From: Eggerthellaceae bacterium
Lineage (GTDB): Bacteria; Actinomycetota; Coriobacteriia; Coriobacteriales; Eggerthellaceae
Assembly (NCBI GenBank): GCA_017459805.1
Contig: JAFUCE010000049.1
Span: 2,464-66,463 of the forward strand
Length of the DNA: 64,000 nt
Direction of reading: 5' to 3'
In this document: in pieces, positions 22,190-30,895 of the stretch
Position numbering within the stretch: the stretch's first letter is position 1
Layout: the number at the start of each line of letters is the position of its first letter
Notes under the pieces: model-generated
What the model was told of the DNA's origin: nothing
Seen by the model: the letters and a program-made list of their open reading frames with translations, nothing else
Database searches by the model: none
Position numbers and translations under genes: made by a program

Positions 22190-22993
22190 TTAAGCAAAAC
22201 TCATGGAAAGCGGAGTAAAGCCCTTCATGGTGATGGTGTATTCGTCACCTACTTGAGGGAAGTCGGCCTGCATGAAGGAACCTGAAAGCACGATATCGCC
22301 CGCTCGCAAACAATCGCCGAACTCGAGCAGCTTATTAGCAAGCCAGAGCACCGAATTTACGGGTGAGCCCATAACTTCAGCACCAGTAGCAGTCCCAACA
22401 ACTTCGCCATTCTTTTCCAAAGTCATACTGATGGCGCTTGGTTCTATTTCGTTCAATTCACGCGTAGATGAACTAATCATGAAGCGCGCGGCACTGGCAT
22501 CGTCAGCGATGGTGTCGCGCACCGTAAAGGTCCAGTCGTGGAAACGCGTGTCGCACACTTCAAAGCAAGGAACCACATAAGAGGTGGCACGCATGATGTC
22601 TTCTTCTGTGATGGGCCCCGTGCTCAGGTCTTCACCCATGATGAATGCTAGTTCGCCTTCAACAAAGGGGTTAATAAGTTCGTCAAGCTTGCAGGTGCCG
22701 CCTTCGGGAATAAGCTTGTCTTCGAGCAAGTAGCCGAAGTCGGGCATCGAGCATTCGAGCATCCGCATCATGCCTTCACTGGTAATGCCAATCTTGCGGC
22801 CCACCACGCGCCCGCCGTTGGCAAGGCGTAGTTCAAGACCAAGTTGCTGGATGGCATAGGCGTCGGCGGTTGTAAGGACTGGGTAAACCCTGGAAAGCAG
22901 TTGAACATGCTCGCCCGTTGTTTCCGCTTCGTAAAGCTCTTGGGCGATACGCTCATGCATTTCTGTGCTTAATCCATAGGTGGCCATAATCAT
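22190..22993 (-). CDS. 2-keto-4-pentenoate hydratase / 2-oxohepta-3-ene-1,7-dioate hydratase family protein (MhpD/HpcG-like)
   Basis: AYAIQQLG...GGRVVGRKIGITS...PFVEGELAFIMG pattern, 265-267 aa. The start is either ATG 22993 or ATG 22987. Confidence 0.75.
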   Translation of the reverse strand: MIMATYGLSTEMHERIAQELYEAETTGEHVQLLSRVYPVLTTADAYAIQQLGLELRLANGGRVVGRKIGITSEGMMRMLECSMPDFGYLLEDKLIPEGGTCKLDELINPFVEGELAFIMGEDLSTGPITEEDIMRATSYVVPCFEVCDTRFHDWTFTVRDTIADDASAARFMISSSTRELNEIEPSAISMTLEKNGEVVGTATGAEVMGSPVNSVLWLANKLLEFGDCLRAGDIVLSGSFMQADFPQVGDEYTITMKGFTPLSMSFA

Positions 22994-23037
22994 GCTTTCT
23001 CAAACGTCGTACTCTTGAGCCTTCGTGCTGTTTTTGC

Positions 23038-23511
23038 TTAGCTGCTTGCCGTGCTGCTGTCTTGCGCTTCGTTTTGTGCGTCAGCTTGCACTTCGGTTTG
23101 TACGTTCTTCTGTGCGTCATTTTGCGCCAGACGAGCTTCAAGGCTTTCGGGTGTACCCCAGCCCTCAGGAACAAGCTGGTCTTCAGGAAAACCGGAAGCC
23201 GCGCGCATCTTAATGCATTCGGCAAGCGTTTCTTCCAATAGTTCACTGCTGCGCGTCTTGGCTTCTTGTTCAATGCGCGCCACATTTTCCAGGTAGAGCT
23301 TGGCAGCCTGTTCAGCCGCTATAAAGTAGTTATTTGCTTCAAGGGATGCCTGGGCAAGCGAGCCCACTTCACGCGCGCTAATCTGACGGTTTTCAAGTTC
23401 CGCCTTCATCACTTCATTGTCGCGCGTCAAAACTTCGTTTTCTTCTGAAATCTGAACCATCAGTTCCAGAAGTTCACGCCTGTTCAACTTTTTTAAACTT
23501 TTTGCATCCAT
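23038..23511 (-). CDS. coiled-coil hypothetical protein
   Basis: MDAKSLKKLNRRELLELMVQISEENEVLTRDNEVMKAELENRQI... has heptad-like character. The Q/A/E-rich tail carries AQNDAQKNVQTEVQADAQNEAQ. No family recognised. Confidence 0.6.
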   Translation of the reverse strand: MDAKSLKKLNRRELLELMVQISEENEVLTRDNEVMKAELENRQISAREVGSLAQASLEANNYFIAAEQAAKLYLENVARIEQEAKTRSSELLEETLAECIKMRAASGFPEDQLVPEGWGTPESLEARLAQNDAQKNVQTEVQADAQNEAQDSSTASS

Positions 23512-23615
23512 GTGCTTACTAATTTGGCTTTTAAGGAAGCCGTTCCTTTCGCTAGATTAACTTATCTATTATACAACGTGCTTGTGTTCCTTATGCGGAG
23601 CGCTTATACCGTAAA

Positions 23616-23903
23616 CTAATCGTTTGAAAGAATGTCAAGCGCTGCGCGATAGCCACCTGCCCCATAATTGAGCGCCTTGGACACTCGCGCAATGGTTGTG
23701 GCCGAAGCACCTGTCTCTTCTTCTATGGCAACATAGGGCTTCCCTGCGTCAAGCATACGCGCGACCGCCAAACGCGAAGAGGTCTCGCGGATTTCGCGTA
23801 TGGTAAACAGGTCCTCAAGCAGGTTGAAAGCGGTGTCGGTATCCTTCACTTCAACCAAAACCTTGAGCAAATCTTCCACTTCAGCCGTACGCAAATCGCT
23901 CAT
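23616..23903 (-). CDS. YerC/YecD-family TrpR-like DNA-binding protein
   Basis: 95 aa: ...DLFTIREIRETSSRLAVARMLDAGKPYVAIEEETGASATTIARVSKALNYGAGGY. The ATG lies 1 nt after the upstream stop, and RBS AGGAG sits inside the upstream gene end. Confidence 0.8.
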   Translation of the reverse strand: MSDLRTAEVEDLLKVLVEVKDTDTAFNLLEDLFTIREIRETSSRLAVARMLDAGKPYVAIEEETGASATTIARVSKALNYGAGGYRAALDILSND

Positions 23904-23904
23904 T

Positions 23905-25515
23905 CTAAACTCCTATTCGGTGCAAACCGTATTCTATAGAATCAACCAGAGCGTTCCATGATGCTTCAATAATGTTTTCGCTTACGCCCACAGTTCCCCA
24001 GTTTCCTTCGCCATCCGAGGTCGTAATAATAACGCGCGTCACCGCACCCGTACCTACATTTTCGTCTAGGATGCGAACCTTAAAGTCAACCAATTCCATG
24101 GCTGCGACCTGCGGATATGACTCGCCAATCGCCATGCGCAGTGCTGTATCAAGCGCTTCAACAGGGCCCGTGCCTTCACCAGTTGCCACCGTGCGTACAT
24201 CGCCCACACGAATTTTTATGGTTGCTTCGCTGGTGGCGTCCTTGGCCCAACTGCCCGTATCTTCGCGGTCATCCACAATCACGCGGAAACTTTCGAGCGT
24301 AAAATGCGATTTTAGCTTGCCCAGGTGGCGAAGCATCAAAAGATACAGCGATCCATCGGCCACTTCGTAGGCATAGCCTTCAGCTTCACGCTGCTTAATG
24401 TCATCCAATATGCGCTGGCAGAGGGCTTCATCGTGCTCTATTGAAAGACCGAAGCTTTCTGCCTTGCGAACGAGCGATGCCCGCCCTGAAAGTTCGCTTA
24501 CCACCCAGCTTGATGTGTTGCCAACAAGCGCAGGATCAACATGTTCGTAAGCCCCTTCCAGGCGCGCCTGGGCACTTGCATGAAGTCCGCCCTTATGTGC
24601 AAAGGCGGCCTTGCCCGTGTAGGGCGTCTGGGCAGGAAGGGTGACGTTGCAGCTTTCAGCAACAAAGTGTGCGACATCGGAAAGCTGCGACAAATCGGGC
24701 ACACAGTTATAGCCCATCTTGAGTTGCAGATTGGCAATCACGTTTAAAAGGTCGGCATTGCCCGCGCGCTCACCGTAACCGTTAATGGTACCCTGCACCT
24801 GGCGCGCCCCAGCGCCCACGGCATCAAGGGTATTTGCCACAGCGCAACCCGAATCATTATGGCAGTGAATGCCCAGCATAAGGTCGGGAAAAGCTTTGTG
24901 AACGGCTGTTGTTACAGCGCTCACACTTGCGGGAAGCTGACCACCATTAGTTTCACACAAGCAGACACGGCTCGCACCCGCCTCCTGCGCTGCCCGCACC
25001 ACTTCGAGCGCATATTCGGGATCGGCATCGTAGCCGTCAAAGAAATGTTCAGCATCAAAGATGACTTCGCGCCCCTCTTGGACACAAAAGCTAATCGAAT
25101 CCGTAATCATGCGGAGGTTTTCTTCGAGGCTCGTACGCAAGGCATGCTGAACCTGCGAAGCGTGCGCCTTCCCCACCAAGGTAATAACAGGAGCGCCACT
25201 TTCAATGAGAGCCTGAAGGCCAGCATCGTTGCGCGCCAAGCTTCCCTTATGACAGGTTGAGCCAAAAGCAGCAATACGAGCATGCGTCAGCGGCAACTGC
25301 GCAACGCGCTTGAAGAACTCGATGTCCTTGGGATTAGAAGTTGGATAGCCGCCTTCAATGATGTCGATGCCAAAATGGTCAAGGCACTCAACTATGCGCA
25401 ACTTATCTTCCAGGGAAAGCGTAATGCCTAGGCCCTGTTCGCCATCGCGCAAGGTCGTGTCGTAGGTTTCAATGTTTGTAATTTCAACCACAGCAATCCC
25501 CAAGTCACGCGTCAT
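23905..25515 (-). CDS. cimA: citramalate synthase / 2-isopropylmalate synthase family (long CimA-type with LeuA-dimer C-terminal domain)
   Basis: ETYDTTLRDGEQG, HCHNDSGCAVANTL and the C-terminal regulatory domain (...VRILDENVGTGAVTRVIITTSDGEGNWGTVGVSENIIEASWNAL). 536 aa. CimA versus LeuA cannot be settled by eye. Confidence 0.8.
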   Translation of the reverse strand: MTRDLGIAVVEITNIETYDTTLRDGEQGLGITLSLEDKLRIVECLDHFGIDIIEGGYPTSNPKDIEFFKRVAQLPLTHARIAAFGSTCHKGSLARNDAGLQALIESGAPVITLVGKAHASQVQHALRTSLEENLRMITDSISFCVQEGREVIFDAEHFFDGYDADPEYALEVVRAAQEAGASRVCLCETNGGQLPASVSAVTTAVHKAFPDLMLGIHCHNDSGCAVANTLDAVGAGARQVQGTINGYGERAGNADLLNVIANLQLKMGYNCVPDLSQLSDVAHFVAESCNVTLPAQTPYTGKAAFAHKGGLHASAQARLEGAYEHVDPALVGNTSSWVVSELSGRASLVRKAESFGLSIEHDEALCQRILDDIKQREAEGYAYEVADGSLYLLMLRHLGKLKSHFTLESFRVIVDDREDTGSWAKDATSEATIKIRVGDVRTVATGEGTGPVEALDTALRMAIGESYPQVAAMELVDFKVRILDENVGTGAVTRVIITTSDGEGNWGTVGVSENIIEASWNALVDSIEYGLHRIGV

Positions 25516-25648
25516 AGACTAAGCATAAGCACTGGTGCTTTACGGCTGTCCCGCCCAGGTGCAAGATTCACCCTGGTGCACAAACCGCACGGCGCACAAC
25601 ACGCACGAGCGCCAAAAGCAAGTGCAGCGTCAAACGCTTCGGCTGCCA

Positions 25649-26575
25649 CTAGACAGACGGAACTGGATAGAGCCATTCTGAATACTCAGGATGGTCCCCT
25701 GCAACCATTTCGAAGAAGCGATCCTGTAACGCCTTCGTAATGGGCCCGCGCTTGCCAATTTCGCGTTCGTCAATGCTTGCCACTGGCGTAACTTCTGCTG
25801 CAGAACCCGTAAAGAACACTTCGTCGGCCATATAAAGATCGGCACGCGTAAGGCTTTCTTCGATAACAGGAATGTCCAGGTCAACGGCCAGTTGAATGAC
25901 TGTGTCGCGCGTAATGCCCGGCAGAATACCATCGGAAATAGGCGGCGTGGAAATAATTCCATCACGTACGATAAAGATGTTTTCGCCCGTTCCTTCGCAT
26001 ACGTAGCCCGCTTCGTTGAGCATAACGGCTTCAGCATAGCCATGAGTTTTTGCCTCGAGCTTTGCAAGGATGGAGTTCATATAACTTGCCGTTGCTTTCA
26101 TGGCAGGCGGAATAGCATTGTTGGAACGTTGGCGCCATGAACTCGTGCCAGCCGTAATGCCGTTTTCAAGGGCTTCTTCACCCAGGTATGCACCCCAGGG
26201 CCACACGGCAACAACCACATCGATAGGAGCATCGGTCGGATCAACGCCCATCGTGCCATAACCCCTATAGATAATGGGGCGGACATAGCATTCTTCGAGC
26301 TTGTTAGCCTGAATGGTTTCGACCACGGCCGCCGTAAGCTCTTCTTCGGTATAGGGGCACGAAATCTGTGCGATTTTACAACCGTTCACCAAGCGCTTCA
26401 TGTGGTCAACCAGGCGGAAGACGGCACTCCCATTTTTACCCTTATAGCAGCGGATGCCTTCGAAAACACCCGATCCATAATGCAGAGAGTGGGAAAGGAC
26501 ATGCGTGGTTGCATCTGCCCAGGGAATAAGTTCCCCGTTCTTCCAAATAAATTCACCTTCTACGATAGCGGCCAT
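25649..26575 (-). CDS. ilvE: branched-chain amino acid aminotransferase
   Basis: Track ORF 25649-26851. Start moved to ATG 26573-26575 (MAAIVEGEFIWKNGELIPWADATTHVLSHSLHYGSGVFEGIRCY...), preceded by AAGGAG. Class IV aminotransferase pattern, 308 aa. Confidence 0.9.
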   Translation of the reverse strand: MAAIVEGEFIWKNGELIPWADATTHVLSHSLHYGSGVFEGIRCYKGKNGSAVFRLVDHMKRLVNGCKIAQISCPYTEEELTAAVVETIQANKLEECYVRPIIYRGYGTMGVDPTDAPIDVVVAVWPWGAYLGEEALENGITAGTSSWRQRSNNAIPPAMKATASYMNSILAKLEAKTHGYAEAVMLNEAGYVCEGTGENIFIVRDGIISTPPISDGILPGITRDTVIQLAVDLDIPVIEESLTRADLYMADEVFFTGSAAEVTPVASIDEREIGKRGPITKALQDRFFEMVAGDHPEYSEWLYPVPSV

Positions 26576-27019
26576 GATAGCGCTCCTTATCTGTCTCCTA
26601 GATAATAGAGGACGTGTGTCCACGTCCCTCATATGCGATTTTGCTATTGTACTCCAAGCAACTAAAGTGTGACAGTTTTTCCTTGTAAGCGGCAAAACTG
26701 TGCAGACTACGTGAAGGACGCCCACCCCCACGAAGCGCAACGGTGCTGCCCGCCTGTCAGCCACGAGACGCCCGCAAGACTCATTGGCTGTGCTACACGA
26801 GGTAAAAGCGAGGCATATACGATAGCTTTTTGAAAGCTTTGCGCTGTGCAAAGAGGTGTACCCGAAGACCTAGAGTTTTTTACGGATTCGGGTATGAGAT
26901 ACAGCAGCCAAACAAAACGACCTCACCTGAAATCCTTACATAGTCGCCTTCTTCGGCAAGGCAGCCCCAAGGGATTTATACCCCGCCCTTGGGGCACGAC
27001 TCTCTATTGAGGAGGACCG

Positions 27020-30000
27020 ATGTTTCAAAAGCGCAGCAACAAGGAATCACGCAAACATATCCTGGCCCTTATATGTACCCTGTCCTTCGCTCTTCTTGCA
27101 GGGCTTTTAGGAGTTTCGCCCGAAATGGCCAGGGCCGAAGTTCCGCTTAACTACGGCAACCCGTTTGAAAACGGAGATTTTGTTCAAAAGGGCGCCCAAT
27201 ACACAGGGGGCTATACGGTTGCCGGTGTCCAATACTCTGCAACTGGTTCATGGATATTGCCAAAAACGGGCGAACCCTTTGAATACCCCGCAGACCTTAC
27301 GGCAGCAGGACAAAATGGCCACCCCACCTATGGGCAATGGGGCGGCGGTGACTTCTTTTTCTGGAACTTTGAGCTTTCGGAAAATACGAGAAACATCAAG
27401 TTGTCGGAAGTGGTACTGGAAGAACCCTACGGAAACGGTAATAAAGGCGTGCGGGCATATTGCACCCAGCACGACAACAGTGACGTTGTCGACATACCGC
27501 GCCTCGGTGGTTTGAATCTATATCCCCAGGCTTCCTATTGGGAAGGAAACATCTTCCATGGCGTTTTCTACATCCTTATGCGCAATACGGCAGGCATGGG
27601 TGTGGCAGACCAATATGGCTGGGACCAGGCAACCGCCATCAAGCAACTGGTCTATGCCGACTGGATTGTTTTGGATGGAAAGGCCAAGGTCGTCAAAACG
27701 TCCGCCAACGAAGGCATCAGCAAAAACAATGCCTGCTATTCCCTGGAAGGCGCAGAATTCGGGGTTTTTGCAAGCGAGGACGATGCTAACAATAATCGTA
27801 ATCGCATAGGAGAAAAACTGATAACCAATACTGCGGGCGTCAGCAACGAAATCGAACTTGAACAGGGCGACTATTGGATGGCAGAACTAAAAGCACCCCA
27901 GGGTTTTGCACCTGAAGCACCTAAGAAGTTTCATGTCGAAGCAGAAAGAACAACCGAGGTTCAATTTGCCGACAAACCCCTTCATAATCCCATCGACATC
28001 GTGCTCAACAAGATTGATGCAGGTACAGGAAACGGCATGGCGCATGGATCAGCTTCGCTATCTGGGGCAGAGTTTAGCGTCAAGTATTTTGACGGCACAT
28101 ATAACGCGAATAATCTTCCTGAACGAGCCACACGCAGCTGGGTTCTGAAAACAGATAGAGAAGGTAAGATCGCGCTCGACACCAGCCACAAGGTTTCGGG
28201 CGACGCCTTCTACCTTAATTCGGCTGGCAAAGCTGTTTTTCCTCTTGGCACGGTAACAATTCAGGAAACCAAAGCTCCCAAGGGCTACCTTCTCAACAAC
28301 AAAGTCTATCTCAGCGTCATAAGCGGCAATGGTGCCACCACGGATACCGTGCAAACTTTTAACGCCCCAACGGTACCCGAAACCATCATTTCAGGAGGGC
28401 TTGCCGTAAAAAAGCTTGATGCACAAACGGAAAGCATACAGGGTGATGCTCGCTTTAAGGGAGCCGAATTCACCATTAAACTTTCAAGCGCTGAAAACGG
28501 TTTCATCGAGATTGACAAACAGCAATACAAACCTGGTGATGTCGTAAAAGTGCTCACGACGGATGAAAATGGCGAAGCCCAAACAGGAGCGCATGATTTG
28601 CCCTACGCTCAATACACCGTTACCGAAACTAAGGCACCTGAAGGCTACCTTCTCAACACAAGTTGGAAATACACTTTCACGGTTACCGAAGACGGCAAGA
28701 TCTACAATGCGGACTTTAAGGAAAAGACTCCTGACCAGGTGATAAGAGGCGGCGTTGTCGTCGGTAAGGTCGACCGTGAAAACGGCAGCTACACGCCCCA
28801 AGGCGCAGCGACGCTTGAAGGAGCCGAATTTGAAATAAGCAATGAATCGAAAAATGCGGTACGCGTAAACGGTAAGGACTATGAACCGGGAAGCACCGTT
28901 ATGACCCTGGTAGTTTCCAAGCAAGACAGCAAGGTCTTAGCTTCGAGCGGCGAAGGAGTTCTTCCCTACGGCACCTACCGTATTCGCGAAACCAAGACGT
29001 CAGACGCTGGTTATCTGTACGACAGCATTTCGAAGGCCTGGACACGCCAATTTAGTATCCGTGAGCAGGGTGACTTCTTCGATTTCACGCAGGAATATAG
29101 CGAGTACGTAACGAACGAATATCTTAACGCGGGCGCACAAAGCGATAAATACGCCTCTGCCGAGCCGCAGCTTGTTATACGGGCGAACTTAAGCTTTGTG
29201 AAGACGCAGGAAGGGAACAACCGCGCGCTTGGCAACATTCCCTTCAAGATTACTTCTCTTACCACGGGTGAGTGGCATATTGCTACGACCGACCCCAACG
29301 GTGAATACAGCACCGACTTTGTCCCGCATTCACAAAACACCAACGCCAACGATGCTGCCTACGATGCTGAAACGCAAAAAATCGATGTTGAAAAACTATC
29401 GGTCGAAAATGGTATATGGTTTCACGGCAGTGCAGATATTCAAACCTTGATTATCGACGACAAGCGCGGGGCGCTCCCCTACGACAGCTACCTCATAGAA
29501 GAACTTTCCTGCAAAGCTAATGAAGGCTTGGGGCTCGTACGTGACATCTTGGTCGTGTATCGCGACCAAAGCATTGCGCCCCGCACCTATATCGATACCG
29601 AAGGTCCGCGCATTGCCACCTTGCTGACCTCGGAGGGCAAACGGGCGGCTACGGCTTCAAAAAAGACCCCCTTTACCGACATGGTCTACTACAGCAACTT
29701 AGAGATAGGAGCCAGCTACACGATGAAGGCTGAACTTCATGCCTGGGATGCCGAAGGCAAGGATTTAGGGGTAGTAGCAACTGCTGAACAGGAGTTCAAG
29801 GCCACGGGAACAGGAAGCGTGGACGTGGTTTTTGACGAGATTGATACGAGCAATCTTGTTGGTGGCAAGTTGGTCTGTTTCGAATATGCTTTTGACGCGC
29901 AGGGTAGCGCGGTGGCACAACATGAGGACCCAGACGATGAAGCACAAACTCTTGTTGTCGAACCTGAACCTGAACCTGAACCTGAACCGGAACCGGAACC

Positions 30001-30724
30001 GGAACCGGGGCCAGAACCAGAGCCAGAACCAGAGCCGGAGCCGGAACCAGAGCCCGAGCCTACGCCTGAGCCAGAACCAGAGCCAGAGCCAGAGCCAATA
30101 CAGCCATCCATTGGCACACTAGCAAGCGACAAAGAAACGGGCACGCATGACACGCATGCAAACAGTGAGGATGTCCTTGTCGACCGCATTCATTTTGAAA
30201 ATTTCACGGAAGGTGAAACCTATGCGATTTACGGGCGTGCCATTGATTCCGAAACGGGAGAAGACCTCGGCATTGCATCGAGCATGAGCTTTGTAGCGCC
30301 CGCGAGCACAGGAAGCGTGGATCTTGAATTTAGCGCCGACACGAGCGGGCTCGCAGGTAAGACAATCGTCTTTTTTGAAGAAGCCTATGAAGGAACAGTG
30401 TCGACTCCAGTAATTAATGCCAGCAGCTCATCGACCCAAGAAGCAAGCAGCAGTACCCCACAAAATAAAGCTGAGCCCATTGCTGTCCACAAAGATATCA
30501 AGAGCAAAGACCAGAGTATTCATGTGCTTGAGCCCGATACCCCAAACCCGGCCCCCAGCAAAACGCCGACTCCTGTCAGTAGAGTCATGGCAAAAACAGG
30601 TGACTTTCTTTCCGCACACCCCTTCATTGCGCTTGCCCTTGCTGCAGCTGCGACTAGCCTTGTTGCTACAAAGATGCGCAACCTGCGCCGCTGGCAAGCA
30701 CGCCAACGCAGCCGCAAATTGTAG
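27020..30724 (+). CDS. cell-wall-anchored surface adhesin: signal peptide, possible thioester-type N-domain, multiple SpaA/Cna-B-like prealbumin-fold repeats, two VaFE-like repeats, (EP)n linker, LAxTG-like sorting signal
   Basis: RBS GAGGAGG and signal peptide ...[11 protein letters not shown]. The GAEF...Y.(I/V).E.KAP.GY module recurs at least four times. VCFEYAF and VFFEEAY motifs are present, along with a ~46-aa EP-rich linker. The C-terminus is VMAKTGD, a hydrophobic helix and a [17 protein letters not shown] tail. Confidence 0.9.
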   Translation: MFQKRSNKESRKHILALICTLSFALLAGLLGVSPEMARAEVPLNYGNPFENGDFVQKGAQYTGGYTVAGVQYSATGSWILPKTGEPFEYPADLTAAGQNGHPTYGQWGGGDFFFWNFELSENTRNIKLSEVVLEEPYGNGNKGVRAYCTQHDNSDVVDIPRLGGLNLYPQASYWEGNIFHGVFYILMRNTAGMGVADQYGWDQATAIKQLVYADWIVLDGKAKVVKTSANEGISKNNACYSLEGAEFGVFASEDDANNNRNRIGEKLITNTAGVSNEIELEQGDYWMAELKAPQGFAPEAPKKFHVEAERTTEVQFADKPLHNPIDIVLNKIDAGTGNGMAHGSASLSGAEFSVKYFDGTYNANNLPERATRSWVLKTDREGKIALDTSHKVSGDAFYLNSAGKAVFPLGTVTIQETKAPKGYLLNNKVYLSVISGNGATTDTVQTFNAPTVPETIISGGLAVKKLDAQTESIQGDARFKGAEFTIKLSSAENGFIEIDKQQYKPGDVVKVLTTDENGEAQTGAHDLPYAQYTVTETKAPEGYLLNTSWKYTFTVTEDGKIYNADFKEKTPDQVIRGGVVVGKVDRENGSYTPQGAATLEGAEFEISNESKNAVRVNGKDYEPGSTVMTLVVSKQDSKVLASSGEGVLPYGTYRIRETKTSDAGYLYDSISKAWTRQFSIREQGDFFDFTQEYSEYVTNEYLNAGAQSDKYASAEPQLVIRANLSFVKTQEGNNRALGNIPFKITSLTTGEWHIATTDPNGEYSTDFVPHSQNTNANDAAYDAETQKIDVEKLSVENGIWFHGSADIQTLIIDDKRGALPYDSYLIEELSCKANEGLGLVRDILVVYRDQSIAPRTYIDTEGPRIATLLTSEGKRAATASKKTPFTDMVYYSNLEIGASYTMKAELHAWDAEGKDLGVVATAEQEFKATGTGSVDVVFDEIDTSNLVGGKLVCFEYAFDAQGSAVAQHEDPDDEAQTLVVEPEPEPEPEPEPEPEPGPEPEPEPEPEPEPEPEPTPEPEPEPEPEPIQPSIGTLASDKETGTHDTHANSEDVLVDRIHFENFTEGETYAIYGRAIDSETGEDLGIASSMSFVAPASTGSVDLEFSADTSGLAGKTIVFFEEAYEGTVSTPVINASSSSTQEASSSTPQNKAEPIAVHKDIKSKDQSIHVLEPDTPNPAPSKTPTPVSRVMAKTGDFLSAHPFIALALAAAATSLVATKMRNLRRWQARQRSRKL
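29960..30096 (+). repeat. GAACC(N)-type hexanucleotide microsatellite encoding an (EP)n linker
   Basis: gaacctgaacctgaacctgaaccggaaccggaaccggaaccg...gagccagagccagagcca, with synonymous variation between units. Confidence 0.9.
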
Positions 30725-30864
30725 TGTTGCAGGTGGTCGAAGAGTCAGCGAGGTTTAATTTCGCAAAACAATACGCCCGCTCTTGGCGCAGTGCCCGTAC
30801 TTGGGTACGGGCCAAGCCATAGCTAGGGCGTAGTGTGAAGCGAAATTAAACCGCAGCGTCGACA

Positions 30865-30892
30865 GTTCCGCCGTTCGTAAGAACGGCGGAAC
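30865..30892 (-). terminator. strong stem-loop 3 nt after the glnN stop
   Basis: GTTCCGCCGTTC-GTAA-GAACGGCGGAAC is a perfect 12-bp stem. There is no U-tract, which is common in Actinobacteria. Confidence 0.6.
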
Positions 30893-30895
30893 CTA

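Noticed and set aside
26576-26860. T-box leader upstream of ilvE
   Set aside because: A GGGGGTGGGCGTCC segment vaguely resembles the T-box sequence, but it lies ~110 nt from the only hairpin near the RBS (GGACGTG-N4-CACGTCC at about 26608-26630). I found no specifier-loop or AG-bay features, and no U-tract follows the hairpin.
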